Below the pieces are notes generated by a model, which saw only the letters and a program-made list of their open reading frames with translations, had not been told where the DNA came from and did not search any database. From an uncultured Desulfobacter sp. (GTDB lineage Bacteria > Desulfobacterota > Desulfobacteria > Desulfobacterales > Desulfobacteraceae): DNA of 64,000 nt. The stretch lies in NCBI GenBank assembly GCA_963665095.1, contig OY762069.1, forward strand, positions 6,816,001-6,880,000. The letters run 5' to 3'. Position numbers and translations under genes: made by a program. This document shows, piece after piece, positions 1-9,753 of this stretch (its first letter is position 1; the number at the start of each line of letters is the position of its first letter).

Positions 1-1
1 G

Positions 2-220
2 GAGCAGGTGGAGAAAAGTGCGGCAACACTTCATCCCCATGTGATTTTTACCTATCTGATGGCCCTTGCGTCTGCATTCCACGCCTATTATAACCATCAT
101 AAAGTTATCACGGATGATAAACCGCTGTCTTTGGCACGGTTATCCCTGGTACTGGCGGTTAAAAAGGTTATCCGGAACGGACTTGGGCTTTTAGGGGTGT
201 CTGCCCCTGAAAAAATGTAA
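2..220 (+). CDS. argS: Arginyl-tRNA synthetase, C-terminal anticodon-binding end (5' truncated by window)
   Basis: [20 protein letters not shown]...ARLSL...[13 protein letters not shown] is the typical ArgRS DALR C-terminus; followed by a SPOR gene as usual. Confidence 0.93.
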   Translation, partial: EQVEKSAATLHPHVIFTYLMALASAFHAYYNHHKVITDDKPLSLARLSLVLAVKKVIRNGLGLLGVSAPEKM

Positions 221-272
221 GGGGGTTCAGATCCGCGGAATCGGGGCATACGGCAGATATATTCTGATTGGT

Positions 273-995
273 TTGTGGATGTTTGCACTGGGTATGTTTG
301 TCGGCAGGAACAGCGGTCCTGTCTGTTTTGAGACCCGGCCCTTTCAGGAGCGCATCGGCAAGATGGTGATGGCTCTGGCCGACAAAAGACCCGACGAAAA
401 AAAAATGGAACTGGAGTTTTATAAAGACCTTGCAGAACCGGTCTATCATCCCATCAAAGGTCGAGACGAAGATTCAACGCAAACGGCCTCTGCTGCGGGT
501 TTGCCGGAAAATGCAGACAGTCCGGAAAACAGATCTGAAGCAGCTGTGATCCCGATGAAACACAGTAAAAAGCTGGCAACGCTGAATTTGCTGCCGGCTG
601 AAAGTAAGGCCCCAAAAGTTGCATCGGGAAAAAAGAGTATACCGCCGGAACAAAAGCTTCAACGCTCTGGTATAACTAAAAATACCGCTATCAAACCATC
701 ATCACCTGTCGGCGGTGAATCTCTGAATACAAATGCAGGCGGACAAGCGACACAGGCCGCACAGGGTGCATATACCATTCAAGTGGCCTCATATAAAAAT
801 TTTAATGACGCTGTAACCCAGATGACCATCCTGGAAAAAAAAGGAATTTCTTCATACCGGGTGCGTGGAGAATTGGACGGCACAACCTGGTACCGGGTAA
901 GAACCGGATCTTTTGCAGATTATAAAGCCGCCCAGGCGGGTCTGGACGCGCTTGGGCGCAACGGTGTCAAAGGAATGGTTATAAAAAAGGAATAA
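273..995 (+). CDS. SPOR domain-containing cell-division protein (FtsN-like)
   Basis: N-terminal hydrophobic segment (WMFALGMFVGR), low-complexity linker, C-terminal YTIQVASY...WYRVRTGSF SPOR domain; frame is open upstream to about 195 so start uncertain. Confidence 0.85.
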   Translation: MWMFALGMFVGRNSGPVCFETRPFQERIGKMVMALADKRPDEKKMELEFYKDLAEPVYHPIKGRDEDSTQTASAAGLPENADSPENRSEAAVIPMKHSKKLATLNLLPAESKAPKVASGKKSIPPEQKLQRSGITKNTAIKPSSPVGGESLNTNAGGQATQAAQGAYTIQVASYKNFNDAVTQMTILEKKGISSYRVRGELDGTTWYRVRTGSFADYKAAQAGLDALGRNGVKGMVIKKE

Positions 996-997
996 GC

Positions 998-1285
998 ATG
1001 AAAATATCACAGCAGGAAGTCGAAAAAATAACCCATCTGGCCCGGCTGGATGTGGCGGACGATCTCAAAGAGACCCTGGCCGGTCAGTTAAGTGACATTC
1101 TTGACTATATAGATACTTTAAAGGATGTAAATGTGGAAGGGGTTGCACCGGCATCCGGGGCGGCGTTTATAAATAATGTACTCAGGGAGGACACGCCTGC
1201 ACCATCTCCGGGGCCTGATGTCACCCTGGCCAATGCCCCGGAACGCGACGAAGATTTTTATGTGGTGCCCAAAGTAGTGAAATAG
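998..1285 (+). CDS. gatC: Asp/Glu-tRNA amidotransferase subunit C
   Basis: EVEKITHLARL...NVLRED...ANAPE...VVPKV; directly upstream of gatA. Confidence 0.95.
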   Translation: MKISQQEVEKITHLARLDVADDLKETLAGQLSDILDYIDTLKDVNVEGVAPASGAAFINNVLREDTPAPSPGPDVTLANAPERDEDFYVVPKVVK

Positions 1286-1303
1286 GTATAAAAAGGAAGC
1301 AAA

Positions 1304-2776
1304 ATGAATCTGCACACCCTGACCATTGCACAGGCCCGGGATCTCTTGGTCAAAAAGGAGATCTCTTCGGTTGAACTGACCAAAGCCTTTCTTGAACGTA
1401 TTGAAAAATTTGATGGCGGCATTGGTGCCTTTATCACAATGGACCCTGATTTTGCCCTGGCACAGGCCCAAAAGGCGGACCAGGTGATCGCCAAAGGTGA
1501 ACAAAAGGAATTCACCGGGATTCCGGTGGCATTAAAAGACCTTTTGTGTACCAAGGGCGTAAAAACCACCTGCGCGTCAAAAATTCTTGAAAATTTTGTT
1601 CCCCAGTACGATGCCACAGTGGTGGAGAAGTTTAAGGCCCAGAATGCCGTACTTATTGGCAAAACCAATATGGATGAGTTTGCCATGGGCTCTTCCACGG
1701 AAAATTCCGCCTTTTTCGCCACCCGCAATCCCTGGAATGCTGATTGTATCCCGGGTGGCTCTTCAGGCGGGTCTGCTGCCGCTGTCGCTGCTCAGTTCTG
1801 TGCCGGTGCGGTGGGGACCGATACCGGCGGATCCATACGTCAGCCAGCCTCCCACTGCGGGGTGGTGGGGCTTAAGCCTACCTACGGCCGAGTTTCCCGG
1901 TACGGGGTGGTGGCCTATGCATCTTCTCTGGATCAGGTGGGGCCCATTACGCGGGATGTGACGGATGCAGCCATGATGCTGAACCTGTTGGGCGGTCATG
2001 ATCCCAAAGACTCCACCAGTGCGCCAGAGGATATGCCGGATTTTACTGACGGCATTGCCATGTATAAAGACAAGGGGCTTTCCGGCATGACAGCCGGCAT
2101 CCCTAAAGAGTTTGCAAGCCTTGATGGTGTTGATCCTGAGGTCATGGAGATGTTTGAGAATGCCAGGAAGACCCTGGAGGGATTGGGCGTAACAATCAAA
2201 GAGATCTCTTTGCCCCACACCAATTACGTGGTGGCTGCCTACTATATCATTGCCCCCTGTGAAGCCAGTGCCAACCTTGCCCGGTTCGACGGGGTGAGAT
2301 ACGGATACAGGGATATGGGATCCAACGACCTGATTGATATGTATAAAAAGACAAAGTCCAAGGGTTTTGGCCTTGAGGTCCAGCGCAGGATTATTATCGG
2401 CACCTATTCCCTGTCTGCCGGATATTATGATGCATATTACGGACGTTCCTCCCAGGTTCGGGCCCTTATTATGGATGATTTCAGGCGCGCCTTTGAGGTG
2501 TGTGACATTATTCTGTCTCCTGTGGCGCCGACCCCGGCGTTCAAGATCGGGGAGAATGTGGAAGATCCTTTGACCATGTATTTAAGCGATATTTTTACCC
2601 TGTCTGCAAATATGGCAGCCGTGCCCGGCCTTTCCGTGCCTGCCGGTATCAGCAGCAAGGGGCTTCCCATGGGGCTTCAGATGATGGCCCGGCATTTTGA
2701 TGAGGTCTCCCTGATTCGGGCAGGGTTTGGATTTGAGCAGGCCGTGGGAAAAAAATTCGGATTTCCCGAACTGTAA
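1304..2776 (+). CDS. gatA: Asp/Glu-tRNA amidotransferase subunit A
   Basis: Amidase signature [37 protein letters not shown]. Confidence 0.97.
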   Translation: MNLHTLTIAQARDLLVKKEISSVELTKAFLERIEKFDGGIGAFITMDPDFALAQAQKADQVIAKGEQKEFTGIPVALKDLLCTKGVKTTCASKILENFVPQYDATVVEKFKAQNAVLIGKTNMDEFAMGSSTENSAFFATRNPWNADCIPGGSSGGSAAAVAAQFCAGAVGTDTGGSIRQPASHCGVVGLKPTYGRVSRYGVVAYASSLDQVGPITRDVTDAAMMLNLLGGHDPKDSTSAPEDMPDFTDGIAMYKDKGLSGMTAGIPKEFASLDGVDPEVMEMFENARKTLEGLGVTIKEISLPHTNYVVAAYYIIAPCEASANLARFDGVRYGYRDMGSNDLIDMYKKTKSKGFGLEVQRRIIIGTYSLSAGYYDAYYGRSSQVRALIMDDFRRAFEVCDIILSPVAPTPAFKIGENVEDPLTMYLSDIFTLSANMAAVPGLSVPAGISSKGLPMGLQMMARHFDEVSLIRAGFGFEQAVGKKFGFPEL

Positions 2777-2789
2777 GTGTTTGAGTCAG

Positions 2790-2860
2790 TCCTGCCCGGG
2801 CATGATGCAGGCGGCGTGGTGTAAGAGTATCACTGCGTTACCTGCTGCAACCCGGCAGGA
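2790..2860 (+). other. Long imperfect intergenic hairpin
   Basis: TCCTGCC/GGCAGGA, GCAGG/CCTGC and GGCGTGGTG/CACTGCGTT nested pairings; no U-tract. Confidence 0.5.
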
Positions 2861-2892
2861 ACAACACGCAGGATCACACAAGGAGAAGACCT

Positions 2893-3084
2893 ATGTCCAC
2901 CATCATGCCCCAAAGTGATCGTTTAAAAAAAGCCATTGAATGGATAAGCGAGCAGCGTAAGGCCGAATCTGACCGGAATTTGACGGCCCTGGCCGATGAG
3001 GCGGCCTTTCGTTTTGATTTGAGCCCCAAAGACGGAGAGTTTCTGCTTCGTTTCCTTAAAGAAGGACCGGATAATATGCCATGA
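2893..3084 (+). CDS. Small hypothetical protein (63 aa)
   Basis: AAGGAG RBS upstream; ATGA overlap with mutL start; helical-looking sequence LKKAIEWISE...FDLSPKDGEFL. Confidence 0.8.
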   Translation: MSTIMPQSDRLKKAIEWISEQRKAESDRNLTALADEAAFRFDLSPKDGEFLLRFLKEGPDNMP

Positions 3085-5054
3085 GCCGGATCCGTATTCT
3101 GCCCGATATCCTCTCCAACCAGATCGCTGCCGGCGAGGTAGTGCAGCGGCCGGTGTCGGTGGTTAAAGAGCTGGTGGAAAATAGCATGGATGCGGGTGCT
3201 GACCGGATTATGGTGGAGATCGAAAACGGCGGGAAGTCTCTGATACGGGTGTCTGACAATGGCGAGGGATTATCACGGGATGAAGCGGTGCTGGCCCTGG
3301 AACGGTATGCAACATCAAAAATATACACCAAGGACGATCTGTTCTCCATCACCACATTCGGGTTCAGGGGCGAGGCGCTTCCTTCCATTGCATCGGTGTC
3401 TAAGTTTTGCCTGGTTTCACGGACCCGGGGGAGTGACACCGGAACAAACGTGGCATTGACCGGTGGCAAACTATCCGGCGTGACCGATACCGGAGCGCCT
3501 CCCGGCACCATGGTGGAGGTCCGGCAGTTGTTTTTCAACACACCTGCCCGCAGAAAGTTTTTAAAAAGTGAGAATACCGAATCCGGCCATATTTCCGATG
3601 CCCTTGCCGGACTTGCCATGGGAAACCCGCAGGTGGGATTTCGTCTTGTTGTCAATCGTAAGCTGATTAAAAATTTTCCTCCGGGACAGACTCTTTTCCA
3701 GCGGGCGCAGATGGTGCTTGGAAAAGAGGCCTCTGGACATCTATATGAGATGCAGTGGCCCCGGTTGTCCGAAAGAAGCGGACCAGACGGCATACAAGAC
3801 GATCTTGTTATTCACGGAGTGTGCGCCAATCCAAACATTTCCCGGAGTACATCCGGCCGGATTTATCTTTTTGTCAACCGGCGGCTGGTGTATGACCGGG
3901 GGCTGGTTGCCGCCATGTTTCAGGGGTACCGGGGCAGGATTATGAAGGGACGGTATCCGGTGGGAGCGGTTTGTGTGGAGTTGCCCTGCGACCAGGTGGA
4001 TGTCAATGTGCATCCGACTAAACGTGAAATTAAATTTATCTCCCCTGCACCTGTATATCATGCCCTGACCCGGGCCGTATCTGACGCCTTGGCCAAAGGC
4101 CAGGAAGATAAAATGTCTTATTCCCGTGCGGTTATACAGGAGCGGCAAGCCCCGGTGCCGGTTAGAGATGCCTTGGAAGCGGATGTACTGTCTTATAAAA
4201 AGGAGACGCCGGATTTGTTTGGCAGAGCACAGCCAAAGGAGTCCCCGCCGGTCTATGGGGCTGAGGATCGTGATTCTCAGACTCTGCAAGTCAAAGAGAC
4301 CGTGCAGACAGGTACCGCCCTGTACGGTCAGTGGGATCTGGAAAAAGAAAAAGAGGAACGTCCTGCTTTTTCAGCTAATGAAAAAAACACATTAGAGTCT
4401 GAGGGCGGGGTGCCGGTGGGGCGCTGTCCGGAAACAGATTTTCCTGCATCTTCAGAATCGTTTTTAAATTCATCCTCCCTTTTCAGGGTCATCGGTCAGG
4501 TGTTAAATACCTATATTGTGGTAGAAAGAGACAATCACCTGATTCTTGTAGATCAGCACGCTGCCCATGAACGTATTATGTTTGAAGAACTCGAACGTCG
4601 TTATCGCAGCCTGGATGTTCAAAGCCAGACACTGGCCGTTCCTGAGGTGCTGGATCTGACGCACAAGGAGGCTGTGCTGCTTGAGGCCATTATTGATGAA
4701 CTGGCCTCCTTTGGTATTGGAATTGAACCCTTTGGGGGGACTTCCTTTGTGATAAAATCGGTACCCGTGCTGGTGGAAGAGAAACAGGTGGGGAAAATGG
4801 TTCAGGAGATCGTGGAAAAAATAAGCCGGGATAACGGCACAGGGCTCAAAGATCAGTGGCTTGAGGATTGCCTTTCTACCATGGCCTGTCACAGAGCGGT
4901 CAGGGCCAACCAGGCCATGGACAGCAAGGAGATGACCGCTTTAATAGAAGCACTGTTTCAGTGCAGCAATCCAATGCACTGCCCGCATGGCCGTCCCATC
5001 ATTGTTTCCTTTGATGCCCGCCGGCTTGAAAAGCTGTTCAAAAGACTTGTGTGA
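3081..5054 (+). CDS. mutL: DNA mismatch repair endonuclease MutL
   Basis: NQIAAGEVV, GFRGEAL, VDVNVHPTK; C-terminal endonuclease motifs DQHAAHERIMFEE and CPHGRP. Confidence 0.97.
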   Translation: MSRIRILPDILSNQIAAGEVVQRPVSVVKELVENSMDAGADRIMVEIENGGKSLIRVSDNGEGLSRDEAVLALERYATSKIYTKDDLFSITTFGFRGEALPSIASVSKFCLVSRTRGSDTGTNVALTGGKLSGVTDTGAPPGTMVEVRQLFFNTPARRKFLKSENTESGHISDALAGLAMGNPQVGFRLVVNRKLIKNFPPGQTLFQRAQMVLGKEASGHLYEMQWPRLSERSGPDGIQDDLVIHGVCANPNISRSTSGRIYLFVNRRLVYDRGLVAAMFQGYRGRIMKGRYPVGAVCVELPCDQVDVNVHPTKREIKFISPAPVYHALTRAVSDALAKGQEDKMSYSRAVIQERQAPVPVRDALEADVLSYKKETPDLFGRAQPKESPPVYGAEDRDSQTLQVKETVQTGTALYGQWDLEKEKEERPAFSANEKNTLESEGGVPVGRCPETDFPASSESFLNSSSLFRVIGQVLNTYIVVERDNHLILVDQHAAHERIMFEELERRYRSLDVQSQTLAVPEVLDLTHKEAVLLEAIIDELASFGIGIEPFGGTSFVIKSVPVLVEEKQVGKMVQEIVEKISRDNGTGLKDQWLEDCLSTMACHRAVRANQAMDSKEMTALIEALFQCSNPMHCPHGRPIIVSFDARRLEKLFKRLV

Positions 5055-5198
5055 CATCAGGGGATGGGATATAAACCGGGGACATTTATGTCTGGATTTT
5101 CATGCCATGAAGGCAGCAGAAAATCGGAAAAAAGTGAGCGGACCTGATGCACAGCCTTTAAGGTCCGGCAAGATTAATCTGACAGGAGTTAAAATTCC

Positions 5199-6851
5199 AT
5201 GCAAAAATTTACGCGAACCAGGCTGCATCCCACGGCAGTTGTCTCTGCCATTGTTCTTTTACTCTTTGCATTATTATCTGTTTTTTCAGTTAATCAAGGA
5301 TTCTGCGACGCACCTAAAACCGTGGCTGTCTTTCCCTTTGAGATGAATTCTTCCCAGGATTTGACCTTTTTGCAGAAGGGGTTGGTTTCAATGCTTTCCT
5401 CTCGCCTGTCTGATGCAGGAAAGGTTGAGATTCTGGGCCGGGAAACCATTGACCAGGCCCTTGCTGACGCAAAGGCTCAAGGGCTTGTTAAAGACAGCTT
5501 CACTGAAGCGGCGGCCAGAGAGATAGGGAAAGATCTGGGCGTGGATTACGTACTTTTCGGGAGCCTGACTCATTTTGGAGAAAGTGTCAGCCTGGATGCC
5601 TCCATGGTTGATGTTACAGGCCAGCAGGAGACCCTGACTTTTTTTGAGCAGAGCAACTCCATGGGGGATGTGATCCCTTTGGTCAATACCTTTGCCGGGG
5701 ACATCAATATGAAGGTGTTCAACCGCAATATTGACAATAGATTGTATGCCGCGCCCCAGAAAAAACCGACAACATCTGGCGGGCTTCAACCTGTCGGCGG
5801 TGCCGGACTTCATGGGGGCGGAATGATGGCTATGCAGGCAGCCCAAAGTTTTAGCACCCATCTTAAGGTGGATGACGTGATCAGGGCCATGGCCATCGGA
5901 GATCTTAACAAAGACGGACGGACCCAGGTGGTTACAGCAACGGATTCTGCGCTGCAGATTTACCACTATGACAGCGGTCTGCTGACCCTTGAAGAGAATA
6001 TTACCTATCAATCCTATCTGAGAATTATCGGCCTGGATGTGGCAGATATCAATGGCAATGGATATCCGGAGATTTTTGTCACCGCCATGACTATTAACCG
6101 GGAGACCCTGTCCTCTTTTGTTGTGGAATATAATGGATCTTCCTATGCCTCGCTGGTTGATGGACTTTCCTATTACTTCCGGATCATTGACTCCGGGGAC
6201 GGGACTCCGGTGCTTTATGCGCAGGATAAGGGCCGGGGGCCGTTTGCCGGCAAAATTTACATCATGAATCCAGCCGGCAATGGGTATGAAGAGAGTAAAA
6301 AGGTTCGCATGCCCAGGGGGACTTGTGTCCTTTCCCTTGCCAGGGGGGCGGTCCGGGAAGATGCTGCCAATGATTTTCTATGCATCAATCAGCATAACCG
6401 CCTGATTCTCATCAGCGACACAGGCAAGGATGAGTGGGAAAGTACAGATAAATATGGAAAAACGAATAATTACTGGTTGTTGGATGCTTCCGGCGGAAAT
6501 GATGGCTATCAGGAGCGGGCATACCTTAATCCCAGGATAAAATTTTCTACTATGGGTGAGGAAAAAAAGAATAAAGCATTTATTGTGACCAATACTGAAG
6601 CGGGGGGGGGATCCATCGGGCGAATTAAGCGGTTTAAGGAGGGACGCATCGGGGTCATGTCCTGGAATGGGATCGCAATGGCGCCGGTTTTTGAGACAAT
6701 GCCGCTTCAAGGCTGGATATCTGATTTTGACATTGCCGACATAGACAATGATGGGAAAAAAGAATTAGTGATTTCAGTTGTCAGCGGCAGCAAACTGGCG
6801 ATAATTGCCAAGGATAAGGCCTCAAACATTATCTCCTATAAACTGGAGTAA
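5199..6851 (+). CDS. Secreted protein: TolB-N/CsgG-like alpha-beta domain plus FG-GAP/VCBS repeat propeller
   Basis: Signal-like N-terminus; VAVFPFE...DYVLFGSL domain; repeats GDLNKDGRTQVV, ADINGNGYPEIFV, ADIDNDGKKELVI. Confidence 0.8.
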   Translation: MQKFTRTRLHPTAVVSAIVLLLFALLSVFSVNQGFCDAPKTVAVFPFEMNSSQDLTFLQKGLVSMLSSRLSDAGKVEILGRETIDQALADAKAQGLVKDSFTEAAAREIGKDLGVDYVLFGSLTHFGESVSLDASMVDVTGQQETLTFFEQSNSMGDVIPLVNTFAGDINMKVFNRNIDNRLYAAPQKKPTTSGGLQPVGGAGLHGGGMMAMQAAQSFSTHLKVDDVIRAMAIGDLNKDGRTQVVTATDSALQIYHYDSGLLTLEENITYQSYLRIIGLDVADINGNGYPEIFVTAMTINRETLSSFVVEYNGSSYASLVDGLSYYFRIIDSGDGTPVLYAQDKGRGPFAGKIYIMNPAGNGYEESKKVRMPRGTCVLSLARGAVREDAANDFLCINQHNRLILISDTGKDEWESTDKYGKTNNYWLLDASGGNDGYQERAYLNPRIKFSTMGEEKKNKAFIVTNTEAGGGSIGRIKRFKEGRIGVMSWNGIAMAPVFETMPLQGWISDFDIADIDNDGKKELVISVVSGSKLAIIAKDKASNIISYKLE

Positions 6852-6977
6852 ATGAAAAAAGATTTGACAAAGACTGAAAAAAAGAATTAAGTAGGAAACT
6901 GATTCGGTGTTTGGCTTTAAAAGGAGGCTTGATACTGAATCTCAGGCAGTTTGTTTTAATTTTAAAAGGAGAAAAAG

Positions 6978-7997
6978 ATGAAAAAATTGATAGTTGCTGT
7001 AGCAGCCCTTGCTCTGATGGCAGGTTCTGCATATGCAGCAGAGTGGAATTTCTACGGGAATGCCCGTGTACAGACTAGTTGGTATAATTGCGATGTGATT
7101 GACGGTGCCTCTGGGGATACCGTTTATTCTGAAGGCCTTTTGAGCACAGCCAGAATTGGTGCCAAAGTTAAAGTATCTGACGAACTGAGCGGCCGTTTTG
7201 AGTACGGTGCAAGTGGCGGGAATGCTAATGTTCGTCATTTGTACGGGACCTGGGATTTCGGCGGCGGTTCTCTGACGATTGGTCAGACTGACACTGCTCT
7301 TAACATCACTTACTCCAGCCAGATTGCTTTGTCCAACTTCTCCACTGAAAACGGTCTGGGCGGATTTGGTGATTGCGATACCGGTCGTGCTCCTCAGTTG
7401 ATGCTGACCTTTGGCGGATTCAAAATTTCTGTGCTTGCAACCAGCACTGATAACAATTACAGCGTAGATACTGAAGCTGTTATCCCTAAAATTGTTTTAA
7501 GCTATACATTTGGATTTGACATGGGTGAAGTTACTTTGGGTGGTGGTTATAATACTTTTGATGCTGCCGATGAAGATATTACCTCCTATGTCGTTGGTGC
7601 TGGCACCAATCTGAATTTTGGCCCGGCCGGTTTATTTGCCACTGCTGTATATGGTCAGAATACCGGCAACATTGTTGGACCGACATATACCGGTATAGGA
7701 GCTATTGCTGGTACTACCGTCACTGGTGAAATAAATGATGTTGAAACTATGGGTTTCACTTTTGGTCTTCTTTTTACGGTTAACGATATGTTCGCCCTTG
7801 AAGCCGGTTATGGTTATGTTGTAGACGAATATGACGAAGGTGGTGCCAAAGATAAGGCCGAATCTTACTATATCCAGGCTCCCATCACACTTGCCCCGGG
7901 CGTTGTTGTGGTTCCAGAAGTTGGTATCGTGGATATGAAAGAGACCGCCCAGAACGAATGGACCTATTTTGGTGCCAAATGGCAGATCAACTTCTAA
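6978..7997 (+). CDS. Outer-membrane beta-barrel porin-like protein 1
   Basis: AAGGAG RBS, signal peptide ending AYA, amphipathic strands, C-terminal BAM signal-like YFGAKWQINF. Confidence 0.82.
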   Translation: MKKLIVAVAALALMAGSAYAAEWNFYGNARVQTSWYNCDVIDGASGDTVYSEGLLSTARIGAKVKVSDELSGRFEYGASGGNANVRHLYGTWDFGGGSLTIGQTDTALNITYSSQIALSNFSTENGLGGFGDCDTGRAPQLMLTFGGFKISVLATSTDNNYSVDTEAVIPKIVLSYTFGFDMGEVTLGGGYNTFDAADEDITSYVVGAGTNLNFGPAGLFATAVYGQNTGNIVGPTYTGIGAIAGTTVTGEINDVETMGFTFGLLFTVNDMFALEAGYGYVVDEYDEGGAKDKAESYYIQAPITLAPGVVVVPEVGIVDMKETAQNEWTYFGAKWQINF

Positions 7998-8035
7998 TTT
8001 AGAAGTTACCCCAAATATTAAAGCTGCCTGATTTT

Positions 8036-8076
8036 AACGGGCTGCTGGTCATAGTGACCAGCAGCCCGTTTTTTTT
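8036..8076 (+). terminator. Intrinsic terminator after porin 1
   Basis: Perfect stem AACGGGCTGCTGGTCA-TAG-TGACCAGCAGCCCGTT followed by T run. Confidence 0.9.
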
Positions 8077-8350
8077 ATTGTTCTTGTTTTTTTCGGGTAA
8101 TTTTACTGCTTTTCATCAGGGCGATAACAGTAAACGGTATTAATTTTTTTTATTTTATTAATTTATTTTTTAAAATGTAAAAAAATGTTTACAAAATCAT
8201 TGACAACAGGTCTTGGTTTCTGATTTAGTGAGGCATGCGTTAATTTGAGTACGGTCTTTCCCTATATATAAACAAGCGTTTGAAAAGGAGCGTTTGTTTT
8301 TTTTCAGGCGGGAAAACCAAAGTATCAATCCCTCAACAAAAGGAGAAAAG

Positions 8351-9676
8351 ATGAAAAAGTTATTTGTGATCGCTGTTCTACTTGTTTTTTCGTCAGGTTT
8401 TGCTTATGCCGCTGCTGAATGGGACTTTTACGGATCTGCCCGTGTCTCCACGTTTTATACCAAGTGGGATCAGAATATGCTGGATGCTGCTGGTGGCGGG
8501 AATCCTGTTTATGGCACGGGTCCGGATACAGAAGCGTATGAGGAGGCTCTGTATGGAAACGCCCGTATTGGTGCCAATGTAAAGGTCAGCGATGCCCTGT
8601 CCGGACAATTTGAATACGGTACAACAGGTGGTGTGGCAAATCTTCGTATTCTCTGGGGCGAATGGAATTTCGGAAGCGGTTCTTTAGGGGTTGGTCAGAA
8701 CTATACGCCGCTGCTGTTTCCATACTCTAACCAGGTTTACGATATTAACGCCCTGGGGTTGGGTGACACCAACATGAGTCTCATGGGAATGCTTTACGGC
8801 AAAAGAGAGCCTATGGTCCGTTTAAAATTCGGAACCTTCCAGGTGGCCCTTGTTAAACCTAGACTTTGGGTTAACAATTGTTTCACAAACTCAGGGACCG
8901 CAGCTGAGAGAGATGCTGCTGCGACTTCGGCTTTTTATGCGGAATATGCCAGTAGCGGCGATATGGCTGCTGCACAAGCAGCTGGGCAGGCTGCAGCAGT
9001 AGAGTATATTACCAATACAACCGGCTTGGTAGATTCCCCTGACACGGATGTTAAATTTCCAAATATTCAGCTAAAATACAGGCTTGATTTTAGCTGGGGG
9101 CATTTGAATTTTGCCGGTGGATATCAGAAATTTGATATTACAGATGCCGGTGAAGATTTTGATGTGACTTCATATGTCCTTGCGCTTGGAAGCCGTGTGA
9201 ACCTAGGCAAGGCTTATTTCAAGGCAAGTATTTGGGGTGGGCAGAATGTTGGCAACCTGGCAGATATTCTTGTCAGTGGCCAGCTTTGGTCCAGTACAGG
9301 CAATTTGGGTACTGGTAACACAGATGGTGCAGGCATGGGACTTGCCCAGTGGAGCGACGGAACCCTATACAATATCAGCAATGGTGCCAGCGGTTATGAA
9401 AAAGGTATTATAGATAACGATGCACTAGCCGGTCTGTTTGTCGCTGGTTTGGAAATTAAACGTGGTCTTTACCTTGAATCAGGAATTGGTTACACCCGTA
9501 CCAAACTGGATATGGATGGTGCTGAGAAAGACGATTGTCTGACCTGGTATGTTCAGTCTACTATCTTCCTGGCCGAAGGTGTTTTCCTGACACCGGAAAT
9601 TGGTGCGCTTGATGCCAGGCAAGAGGGGCAGATGGAAATCTTTTATGCAGGTATTAAATGGCAGATTAATTTCTAG
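8351..9676 (+). CDS. Outer-membrane beta-barrel porin-like protein 2 (paralog of porin 1)
   Basis: AAGGAG RBS and ATG at 8351 (not the TTG at 8294); AYAAAEWDFYGSARV, ARIGANVKVSD..SGQFEYG and KWQINF match porin 1. Confidence 0.82.
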   Translation: MKKLFVIAVLLVFSSGFAYAAAEWDFYGSARVSTFYTKWDQNMLDAAGGGNPVYGTGPDTEAYEEALYGNARIGANVKVSDALSGQFEYGTTGGVANLRILWGEWNFGSGSLGVGQNYTPLLFPYSNQVYDINALGLGDTNMSLMGMLYGKREPMVRLKFGTFQVALVKPRLWVNNCFTNSGTAAERDAAATSAFYAEYASSGDMAAAQAAGQAAAVEYITNTTGLVDSPDTDVKFPNIQLKYRLDFSWGHLNFAGGYQKFDITDAGEDFDVTSYVLALGSRVNLGKAYFKASIWGGQNVGNLADILVSGQLWSSTGNLGTGNTDGAGMGLAQWSDGTLYNISNGASGYEKGIIDNDALAGLFVAGLEIKRGLYLESGIGYTRTKLDMDGAEKDDCLTWYVQSTIFLAEGVFLTPEIGALDARQEGQMEIFYAGIKWQINF

Positions 9677-9716
9677 CTGAGTATACTATAACAATTTAAA
9701 TCCCGCCTGAAAGCTA

Positions 9717-9753
9717 AAAAGGCCCTGCAAGAAAATTGCAGGGCTTTTATTTT
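9717..9753. terminator. Bidirectional terminator between convergent genes
   Basis: AAAAGGCCCTGCAA-GAAAA-TTGCAGGGCTTTT with A run before and T run after. Confidence 0.8.

Noticed and set aside
3056..3793. 245-aa antisense ORF over mutL, and similar shadow ORFs over gltX, rimM and the acyl-CoA dehydrogenase
   Set aside because: Fully overlap well-supported genes and show no protein-family features
5055..5198. Alternative hairpins upstream of the FG-GAP gene
   Set aside because: Stems of 6-7 bp with no riboswitch consensus; compatible with chance
8294..8350. N-terminal extension of porin 2 in the ORF track
   Set aside because: RBS, signal peptide and paralog alignment all place the start at 8351
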